A stretch of 11,742 bases of DNA. Source: an uncultured Deferribacteres bacterium (GTDB lineage: Bacteria; Zhuqueibacterota; Zhuqueibacteria; Zhuqueibacterales; Geothermadaptataceae). Where the stretch lies: positions 1-11,742 of the forward strand of contig CAXHAT010000222.1 in NCBI GenBank assembly GCA_964014485.1, given 5' to 3'. Positions 1 to 6,254 of this stretch are shown in pieces (positions within the stretch are counted from its first letter, which is position 1; each line of letters begins with the position of its first letter). The position numbers were made by a program, and so were the translations under genes. The notes beneath the pieces are model-generated. The model worked only from the letters and a program-made list of their open reading frames with translations. It was not told the DNA's origin and made no database searches.

Positions 1-18
1 GATGTGTATAAGAGACAG
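1..18 (+). other. Nextera/Tn5 mosaic-end adapter remnant (sequencing artefact)
   Basis: GATGTGTATAAGAGACAG is the last 18 nt of the 19-bp Tn5 mosaic end AGATGTGTATAAGAGACAG, at the very start of the window. Confidence 0.95.
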
Positions 19-19
19 C

Positions 20-178
20 GCCTACGCCGCCTACGCCGCCTGGGCCGCCTCCTACGCCGCCTCCTCCGCCGGAGATGAAAAACTCAAAGAGACGTATTTA
101 TTTAACCAATCAATACTGCTTTTCGGCATCAACGTTTTCAGGCCGAAAAGATGGAGCAGTTTAATTGACAATCTTTAA
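20..178 (+). CDS. 5'-truncated Ala-repeat phage hypothetical protein (AYAAYAAWAASYAASSAGDEKLKETYLF...)
   Basis: Open frame from the adapter junction to TAA at 176-178, with GCC-TAC/TGG/TCC-GCC repeats at 20-70. Not in the ORF track because it has no start codon. It overlaps the next start at 165. Confidence 0.65.
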   Translation, partial: AYAAYAAWAASYAASSAGDEKLKETYLFNQSILLFGINVFRPKRWSSLIDNL

Positions 179-488
179 ATTCAAGCAATACCGCGGCTTC
201 GTCGAATTTTTCCCCTTCTCGTGGCTACCACAGTTTACTTTCTACGGACGCGACTACTGCGATGTGTGTTGGTTGTGGTTCTGCGCAGGATGGGAAAAGG
301 ATGGACTCACTATGCCCTGGGCATGGTTGCAGCCATGTATCCGATGCGATGGTAAGGGAAAGTACGAAGTCCCGGTGTCCGATCAGTTTAAATTTGTGGT
401 TTTTTGCGGCTATTGCGGGGGGATTGGCAGCACAATGCACACGCGCGGTGTTGACGAAATGTTAGAAATACGACAGAATAAACCGTGA
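165..488 (+). CDS. Phage protein with DnaJ-type zinc-ribbon motifs
   Basis: Two CxxCxGxG motifs (CIRCDGKG and CGYCGGIG); TTG start overlapping the upstream ORF. Confidence 0.65.
   Translation: MTIFKFKQYRGFVEFFPFSWLPQFTFYGRDYCDVCWLWFCAGWEKDGLTMPWAWLQPCIRCDGKGKYEVPVSDQFKFVVFCGYCGGIGSTMHTRGVDEMLEIRQNKP
451..479 (+). promoter_or_regulatory. Possible sigma70-type promoter
   Basis: TTGACG (451-456), 17-nt spacer, CAGAAT (474-479), upstream of the probable non-coding gap at 489-634. The -10 match is weak. Confidence 0.25.
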
Positions 489-598
489 GGGATTGTGAGC
501 GAGCATAATCAGATTGAGTTTATGGCGCGCTTCACGCGACTGTGGGGATCGAGAGCGAGCATGAAAACGCAAAGCATAATGTGGGGATCGAGAGCGAG
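489..598 (+). repeat. Direct repeats: two perfect 19-mers and one degenerate copy
   Basis: TGTGGGGATCGAGAGCGAG at 541-559 and 580-598; GGGATTGTGAGCGAG at 489-503 matches 13 of the last 15 nt. Confidence 0.85.
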
Positions 599-634
599 AA
601 ACCGTCGCTAGTCCAAAAAAAATCACGTAATAAA

Positions 635-937
635 ATGAACTTCCAAAAACTTATCGAACTGGCGGTGAAAGTGGCTGAAACGATTGCCGCCGAAACAGAA
701 ACGGAAGTCGATGATAAAATCGTGGACGTGATGAAATTATTGCTGCAATCCGGCGTACTACGTGGATGGATTGAAGGCTCTGTGTCCACCCCGCCCGGTA
801 CGCTGGGGGTGGTTGAATCGCCGTCCCTGCCCGTGCAAAACGAAATACTCGCGCTGGGATTCGGCTTCGACGCCTTCATTGAACTGATCCCACGTATCAA
901 GCAAATACTCGATCTTATCCGTATGTTCTCTAAGTGA
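635..937 (+). CDS. Hypothetical amphipathic phage protein (possibly lysis/membrane associated)
   Basis: ATG at 635 (MNFQKLIELAVKVAETIAAETETEVDDKIV...) is preferred over GTG 542, which lies in the repeat. Coupled to the peptidase gene by a GTGA overlap. Confidence 0.7.
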   Translation: MNFQKLIELAVKVAETIAAETETEVDDKIVDVMKLLLQSGVLRGWIEGSVSTPPGTLGVVESPSLPVQNEILALGFGFDAFIELIPRIKQILDLIRMFSK

Positions 938-1782
938 GGGCGCTGATGACTCCCGCCGACGTTGCCGAAAGACTGTTCGAAACGGGCTGGCTGGACGATC
1001 CCGACGCGTTGGACGACTTAAAACAGATCGTCAAAACGTATCAGCGATGGCACGGACTAAAACCAGACGGTGACGCCGGGCCAATTACGACACGGCATCT
1101 AACCCTTCCCCGGTTCTGTGGACACCCTGACAAAATGTCAGTGCGAGGACGGCCCGCCAAGTGGCGACACCTCGACGTGACGTATTACGTGGCGGCAGAA
1201 CTGCCCGGCATGAGCCTCGACGAAACGTGGAAAGCAACGGATCAAGCCATGCAGTCCTGGAACCGTGTATCCGGGCTGAAACTCCAACGAGCCGGAAGTT
1301 TCCGCGACGCGAATATCCAACTGACCGTGGGAGCAATCGACGGACCAGGCGGGACATTAGCTTGGTCCAATCTGCCTCCCACCAACCCCTGCGGACAAAA
1401 ATACGACTCCCGCGAACGCGGGTGGAGAAACCTTGTCAACCCAGGTGGGTATATAGACGCCGTGGCCGTCATTTGTCACGAAGTAGGACACGCGCTAGGA
1501 CTCGTACATTCCAGCCGGTCAGGGGCGCTGATGGCGCCCACTTACGCACCGGGGCGAAGGACGCCGCAAGGTGATGACGACATTCCGCGAATACAACGCT
1601 TGTACGGGAAGCCGACAAGCGTACCTGACACCAATGACCCGCCGTCAACGGGCGAAGAACCACAAGTAAAAATCGAACTGAGTATTGGCGGGCGTAAGTA
1701 TTCTGCGGCGGGGACCATGAAGCAGCAATTTACGGTGATCGACGAAGAAAAAATAAAGGATGAGGAGTTCGGGAATTTGTGA
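934..1782 (+). CDS. Matrixin (M10 family) zinc metallopeptidase with N-terminal peptidoglycan-binding-like domain
   Basis: HEVGHALGLVH (HExxHxxGxxH, 1477-1509); Met-turn ALMAP; cysteine-switch-like PRFCGHPD (1108-1131); PG-binding-like VKTYQRWHGLKPDGDAGPIT; DGPGGTLA motif typical of matrixins. Confidence 0.9.
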   Translation: MRALMTPADVAERLFETGWLDDPDALDDLKQIVKTYQRWHGLKPDGDAGPITTRHLTLPRFCGHPDKMSVRGRPAKWRHLDVTYYVAAELPGMSLDETWKATDQAMQSWNRVSGLKLQRAGSFRDANIQLTVGAIDGPGGTLAWSNLPPTNPCGQKYDSRERGWRNLVNPGGYIDAVAVICHEVGHALGLVHSSRSGALMAPTYAPGRRTPQGDDDIPRIQRLYGKPTSVPDTNDPPSTGEEPQVKIELSIGGRKYSAAGTMKQQFTVIDEEKIKDEEFGNL

Positions 1783-1788
1783 GATGCA

Positions 1789-3180
1789 ATGCATATTGGG
1801 GCAATATTACTCGCGGCGGTCATCGCCAGCGTACCGTACTCGGCGGAAGACGCCGCGGCGGTGGCTGCGGACTTGGCGAGTATACCCAAAGAGCAGCACC
1901 ACAAGATTTATTACCTGACTACAGCCGCCGTACCTATCGGTGATCGAGAACGTTTGGCGGCTGTCGGCAAAGCGATCATTGCGTCAAGTAGTAGCCAACG
2001 GTTGGTCGAACGTGTCAACCCTGTACCATTACCCGGCGGACGTTTGTGGAGGCTCGACCTCGATGAAGTCAAGTGGGACGCAAAGCAGTTCCGGGACATC
2101 CTCGAGCGCGAGAATCCATACGGCGGACATTGCCTTGTAGTTAGGTGGGACTGGCTTACCGTATTGCTGTCCGATACCACGCAGTCAGACGCACACTACC
2201 GACTGCTGTACAACGACGAAAATATCGACCGTGAAGGCTTCGAGAAGTTTTTTGGAGTCAACACCGACCCCGATTTTCTCGTAGGCTTGGCCGAAGGAAA
2301 GTCGGGGGTCAATGTGTCGGGCAAGCGGTTCATTCAGGACAATCCGACCGACCAACGAGGATACTACTTTATCACGCTCGACAGTGTGAAGCCGGTAGAT
2401 GACAACGATGTGTTGGAGAGGTTGGACCTAAAGAACTTTAAGTTTGACGCGTCGGAGATTATAGCCGGCAGGGAGATTACATCGCTCAAAGAAGGTAAGA
2501 CGGGGATACTCCAGTATTACTTGTTGGCCGACGACGAGGGAAAAAGAGCGGAAGAAGCGCCGCCGAATATCGCCACCGATCACACGCGGTTCCGCGGTCA
2601 AGCGGCGGTGAGAAACTTCGGGTCGTGTGTGACATGCCACACCCAGGGCCTGAACTTTTTCACGGTGGACGAGTACCGGCAAACGCTGCAAAGTGGAACG
2701 CTGGTGCTCACCAAAGACAAGGCGACTCGCGAAAAAATAGAGCTTATTCATCGTCTTACCAAAGAGTCGTTGGAGTCGCACAACGAGCGATACAACCTGG
2801 GTATTCAGTTGGTGTGCGGGTTGACGGCGCCAGAGTTCAGCAAACAGTACAGTGAAGTGGTCAAGGATTACGACGCCGATTTGTCGATCCATGACGTGGC
2901 TCGCGAGGCCGGGGCGTTTGTCGAGGATATTCGCTACGCTTTGGGCTACTATTCGTTGCAGCATCCTGACAAGAATAAGCTCAGCGCCCGATTGGCGCGG
3001 CTGGCTGTGGACGACACTGAGGAGAGTCGCATCTTGTCTCTTGACCTAAAAATACCAAGGATTAATTGGGAGCAGGACATAAAACAACTCAAAGCGGCGC
3101 TGAAACTTTGGCGGTCGGCGTTGAAAGTGGAGGGTGTAGACGCCCGCGAACTACTCCGCCAAGCAAGAGGGCAAAAATGA
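1789..3180 (+). CDS. Exported protein with a single CxxCH c-type heme-binding motif
   Basis: Signal-peptide-like N-terminus (MHIGAILLAAVIAS...); CVTCH at 2626-2640 in the context AVRNFGSCVTCHTQG; 463-aa uninterrupted ORF. Confidence 0.8.
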   Translation: MHIGAILLAAVIASVPYSAEDAAAVAADLASIPKEQHHKIYYLTTAAVPIGDRERLAAVGKAIIASSSSQRLVERVNPVPLPGGRLWRLDLDEVKWDAKQFRDILERENPYGGHCLVVRWDWLTVLLSDTTQSDAHYRLLYNDENIDREGFEKFFGVNTDPDFLVGLAEGKSGVNVSGKRFIQDNPTDQRGYYFITLDSVKPVDDNDVLERLDLKNFKFDASEIIAGREITSLKEGKTGILQYYLLADDEGKRAEEAPPNIATDHTRFRGQAAVRNFGSCVTCHTQGLNFFTVDEYRQTLQSGTLVLTKDKATREKIELIHRLTKESLESHNERYNLGIQLVCGLTAPEFSKQYSEVVKDYDADLSIHDVAREAGAFVEDIRYALGYYSLQHPDKNKLSARLARLAVDDTEESRILSLDLKIPRINWEQDIKQLKAALKLWRSALKVEGVDARELLRQARGQK

Positions 3181-3794
3181 GATACTTACCGATCCTCGCC
3201 ATTATCTTTTTGGCGATTCTCGTAGTCGCGCCGCTCGACGCCGGCGACGGCTGCGGGGCCTTCTTCGGCGCACACAATTATCAGCAGCGCGTGGTTGTTC
3301 CCAAGCAACACATCAAGCAAAGAGTGGTGGTGCGCAAGCAAGCGGTGGTCGAGCACCATCCGGTGCATACCCCGCATATTCAAAAATTCAACGGCTATGA
3401 CGGCCATGTGTATTATCAAGTCGCCCCCTATGTAACGCAGTCGGCTTACGACCGAGTGCGAGAGACGAAATTGGCCGTGGAAGTCGCCAAGGCGGTGATC
3501 GACGGTCTGATCAAAGGCGGCGCGGTGCCGAGTCAGCAACCAGCCGTGCAACAGCCTGGGACGCTGGGATTAAGGCAAAACAGCGTGTTGTCCGCCAAGT
3601 GCGCCTCCTGCCACACCAGGGGCGGGCAAGGCGAAGCGGCGGGATTGCTCGACGGCACAACCCCCGTCTCGGATACGCTGTTTCGTAAGGCCGTGGAACA
3701 AATCGTGTCGGGAGATATGCCCCCAACAGGCGAGCTTGAAGGAGCCGACAAGGGGCGTGTGATGGACGAACTTTTAGGATTAATCGAGCGATGA
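3177..3794 (+). CDS. Exported class I-like cytochrome c domain protein (Planctomycete-type)
   Basis: ATG 3177 in an ATGA overlap; signal peptide MRYLPILAIIFLAILVVAPLDA; CASCH at 3600-3614; distal Met motif GDMPP (Met at 3717); His/Val/Gln-rich linker. Confidence 0.85.
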   Translation: MRYLPILAIIFLAILVVAPLDAGDGCGAFFGAHNYQQRVVVPKQHIKQRVVVRKQAVVEHHPVHTPHIQKFNGYDGHVYYQVAPYVTQSAYDRVRETKLAVEVAKAVIDGLIKGGAVPSQQPAVQQPGTLGLRQNSVLSAKCASCHTRGGQGEAAGLLDGTTPVSDTLFRKAVEQIVSGDMPPTGELEGADKGRVMDELLGLIER

Positions 3795-4039
3795 GTTTAA
3801 TCGAGTGGCTGTGGACCCTGTTCTTATGGGCCTGGGGCGGAGGCATTATTTTGTTTGCCGTCATGTTTTTTATGGAGTGGTTGTTGAGAGAGATCAAGGA
3901 GGACTGGACCGGCGTAGCCAAACTGGTAACGGCCTGGATATTTTGGCCGGCGGCGCTTGTGGTGCTCATGGTGTGGTGTTTTTGGGAAGCGAGAAGGCAA
4001 TGGCAGTTCGACAAGGCGTCATCGCAGCAACGGTTATGA
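3791..4039 (+). CDS. Small two-TM Trp-rich membrane protein
   Basis: ATGA overlaps at both ends; two hydrophobic stretches; WIFWP motif. Confidence 0.75.
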   Translation: MSLIEWLWTLFLWAWGGGIILFAVMFFMEWLLREIKEDWTGVAKLVTAWIFWPAALVVLMVWCFWEARRQWQFDKASSQQRL

Positions 4040-4155
4040 CGGTCTTGCTGGCCGGGACTCTCGCGTTGTGGCAGGGAGAACGCGCGTTGTGGTTGTGGCC
4101 GCTCCTTATAATGACTTGGTGTTTCATCTATTTTTCAGCAAGAATGAACGAATGA
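4036..4155 (+). CDS. 39-aa membrane microprotein
   Basis: MTVLLAGTLALWQGERALWLWPLLIMTWCFIYFSARMNE; ATGA overlaps with both neighbours. Confidence 0.6.
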   Translation: MTVLLAGTLALWQGERALWLWPLLIMTWCFIYFSARMNE

Positions 4156-4265
4156 GTGTCATAGGATTTGCTTATTTACTTAACCCTTGGTACCTTATCC
4201 TGACTGTGATCATGATCCTTGTTGACATGGTGATCGCAGTCAAAGAAAAAAGAGGCAGAAAATGA
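4152..4265 (+). CDS. 37-aa single-TM microprotein with basic C-tail
   Basis: MSVIGFAYLLNPWYLILTVIMILVDMVIAVKEKRGRK; ATGA overlaps with both neighbours. Confidence 0.65.
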   Translation: MSVIGFAYLLNPWYLILTVIMILVDMVIAVKEKRGRK

Positions 4266-4603
4266 AAGGCTTTATTTTGTGCGGCGTTGTGGCGGCGCTA
4301 TTAGCATTTTCGGTTAGCGAGGCGGAAGCGTTTGATGGCCGGTTGGGATTTCGTAGCCGGTTAGGCTTTCGCGCTCGATTTGTGAGGCCGCGGTTCCGTG
4401 CGCCTTTGCGTTTTCGCGCACCAATTGTTGTGCGTCCGCAGCGCGTGGTTGTGCGCCCTCGCGTACAGCAGTTCGTCCAACCGCAGCGCGTAATCGTGCA
4501 GCCGCAGGTGCAATATGTGCAGCCGCAAGTACAGCAGTTCGTCCAACCTCAGGTGCAGTACGTGCAGCCGCAACAGAGTTGCCAACAACTGTTTGGCTAT
4601 TAA
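4262..4603 (+). CDS. Exported low-complexity Arg/Phe- and QPQV-repeat protein
   Basis: Signal peptide ending AEA; RLGFR x2, FRAP x2 and VQPQ repeats; a 20-bp exact DNA repeat at 4463-4482 and 4529-4548. Confidence 0.8.
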   Translation: MKGFILCGVVAALLAFSVSEAEAFDGRLGFRSRLGFRARFVRPRFRAPLRFRAPIVVRPQRVVVRPRVQQFVQPQRVIVQPQVQYVQPQVQQFVQPQVQYVQPQQSCQQLFGY

Positions 4604-4619
4604 AACGTTGATCCACTCT

Positions 4620-4676
4620 ACGCCGCCGGTGAGACTCGTAGTCGAGTGAACATTGTTCAGCCGGCGGCGTTTTTTT
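4620..4676 (+). terminator. Rho-independent terminator with branched loop
   Basis: ACGCCGCCGG (4620-4629) pairs perfectly with CCGGCGGCGT (4661-4670); T7 run at 4670-4676; begins 17 nt after the stop at 4603. Confidence 0.75.
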
Positions 4677-4698
4677 GTTACGGGGCCTGGAAGGAAAT

Positions 4699-4872
4699 AT
4701 GGCAAGGCCAGAACTCCCGGCAACATTGGTAAAGTCAAAGCCAATACAATGCCACGTAACCTCCATCACCAAGAGAATTGTTGAGCAGATATGTGCTAAG
4801 CGTAATATATCTGAGTCGCACTTCGTAAGGGAATTGATCCTAAGACACATAAAAGAAATTGACGACGATTAA
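4699..4872 (+). CDS. Ribbon-helix-helix (CopG/Arc-like) DNA-binding protein
   Basis: GGAAGGA upstream of ATG 4699; alternating beta strand (PIQCHVT), helix (KRIVEQICAKRN), then ISESHFVRELI, matching the RHH pattern. Confidence 0.65.
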   Translation: MARPELPATLVKSKPIQCHVTSITKRIVEQICAKRNISESHFVRELILRHIKEIDDD

Positions 4873-5233
4873 AGGTCTATTGCTGTTGTTGTGCTGTGTC
4901 GAGATACCGCATTCGCCTGTCGCATGTGAGCATTTCGTCACGGTCGAAATCAACGGCGTATACGACCAAAAGGGTAATCTCACTTTCAACCAAGTAATGT
5001 GGTTTGAATGGGACTGGGGCAACGTGGTGGCGTGGCGTATGGCCAAGGACGAATCAAGGTTTCCGCAGCGTATTAAGGGCAAGTGGACGGTGATCATGTA
5101 CGATCAGAGCGGCAGGATGCGAAAGGTGACTGCGGATCATTACAACCGTACGTGGACGCAGTACGACCGAGAGATTTGGCACCGCAAGATACTCCCTCCG
5201 GAAGATCGTAGAGAATTGATCGGAAATAGATAG
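4859..5233 (+). CDS. Exported hypothetical protein
   Basis: Hydrophobic N-terminus; conserved-looking Trp-rich motifs (VVAWR, TWTQYDRE, LPPEDRR); fills the gap between neighbours. Confidence 0.75.
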   Translation: MTTIKGLLLLLCCVEIPHSPVACEHFVTVEINGVYDQKGNLTFNQVMWFEWDWGNVVAWRMAKDESRFPQRIKGKWTVIMYDQSGRMRKVTADHYNRTWTQYDREIWHRKILPPEDRRELIGNR

Positions 5234-5266
5234 GAGACTAAAATTTATTTACGACTTCAATTTTTA

Positions 5267-5599
5267 TTGGCGTTAAGCGTTTCGTGCGCATATGCTGATG
5301 AGCGTGAGGAGTGCGAGCGACTAGCGCCGAAGTATCAGGCCAAGGTGGAGCAAGTCATGCCCGATGGAACGCGGTGCGACCTGCTCAATTGCGAGTACGC
5401 CATTGAGGTGGACTGGTCGTATAAATGGGCGGAAGCCGTTGGCCAATCGGTGTTGTACGCGATTTGGACAGACCGCCAACCGGCAGTGTTATTGCTGGTG
5501 AGAAATGCGAGAGAAGAGAAGGCGTACTTGCTACGATGCAAAATGGTGTGCGACCGGCTCAAGATCAAGATGTACATCGAGAAAGCGGGGCAACCATGA
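5267..5599 (+). CDS. PD-(D/E)XK-like fold hypothetical protein; start uncertain
   Basis: PDGTRCD...AIEVDW..KWAEAVGQS..YA pattern (D, E, QxxxY-type motif). The frame is open back to 5234, with AGGAG at 5232-5236. Confidence 0.6.
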   Translation: MALSVSCAYADEREECERLAPKYQAKVEQVMPDGTRCDLLNCEYAIEVDWSYKWAEAVGQSVLYAIWTDRQPAVLLLVRNAREEKAYLLRCKMVCDRLKIKMYIEKAGQP

Positions 5600-5898
5600 G
5601 TGAGAACTTTGAAGTTTGGAAAGATAAATTTGCCTGGGGTTCGGTGGCCGGGGTGCTGCTGTGGAATATCACGGCGTCCTGGATGCTTTTCAACCGGCCT
5701 GACATTGACGAGGTGCGGCATATCGTGAGGACCGAAGCCCCTTACGTAGCCGATAAGGAATTGATACGCGAGCAAATGCAGCAAACAGCGGCGGTAAACG
5801 CCAAGTTGTCAGTGTCGATTGATCGCAATACCGAAGCGATCAATTTGTTGCGATTGGAAATCGTGAAGGTGCAGAACGGAGGCATGGCTCGTAAATGA
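5596..5898 (+). CDS. Single-TM plus coiled-coil membrane protein
   Basis: ATG 5596 in an ATGA overlap; TM segment FAWGSVAGVLLWNITASWML; heptad-like C-terminus (SIDRNTEAINLLRLEIVKV). Confidence 0.75.
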   Translation: MSENFEVWKDKFAWGSVAGVLLWNITASWMLFNRPDIDEVRHIVRTEAPYVADKELIREQMQQTAAVNAKLSVSIDRNTEAINLLRLEIVKVQNGGMARK

Positions 5899-6254
5899 AC
5901 GTATTCGACACCACTGATTTCATTACCCGCGATTGCTGCGGCACATGGGGGATGTGGCAATACTGGGCGCAGTTTTTTGACCTGCTGCTTTTTGCCGCCT
6001 ACTTTGTGATCCCGTATTGGTTTTGGCGTCAGACTAAAAACAGTCCTATGTGGCGGCGATGGCCAGTAATCCCGTTGATTGCTTTTTTCCTTGGTTGTGG
6101 GTTAGGACACTTGGCGGATTTCGCCGCTTTTTGGTGGGCGCCATATCGACTTTACACGCTGATCGACGGCTTCACCGCCATTAGTTCTGTGGTGTTTGCG
6201 GTCGGCGCGTCAGTGTTTGTGCATCTCATTCTGGGCGGGGGCGCGGATGAGTGA
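5895..6254 (+). CDS. Stand-alone ETR1-like (ethylene receptor-type) three-TM Cu-binding sensor domain
   Basis: D29-x6-Y36-F-x-I39-P40, C68-G-x-x-H72 and T94-A-x-x-S98 reproduce the spacing of Arabidopsis ETR1 D25/Y32/I35/P36, C65/H69 and T94/S98; three hydrophobic helices; no GAF or kinase domain. Confidence 0.85.
   Translation: MNVFDTTDFITRDCCGTWGMWQYWAQFFDLLLFAAYFVIPYWFWRQTKNSPMWRRWPVIPLIAFFLGCGLGHLADFAAFWWAPYRLYTLIDGFTAISSVVFAVGASVFVHLILGGGADE

Noticed and set aside
165..193. Promoter with perfect TTGACA at 165-170
   Set aside because: No acceptable -10 hexamer at 16-18 nt spacing, and it coincides with a start codon.
541..598. CRISPR array
   Set aside because: Only two exact 19-nt copies with a 20-nt spacer, irregular spacing to the third copy, no palindrome and no cas genes.
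4647..4659. LexA/SOS box
   Set aside because: GAAC-N3-GTTC spacing does not match the GAAC-N4-GTTC type box; kept only as a generic palindrome.
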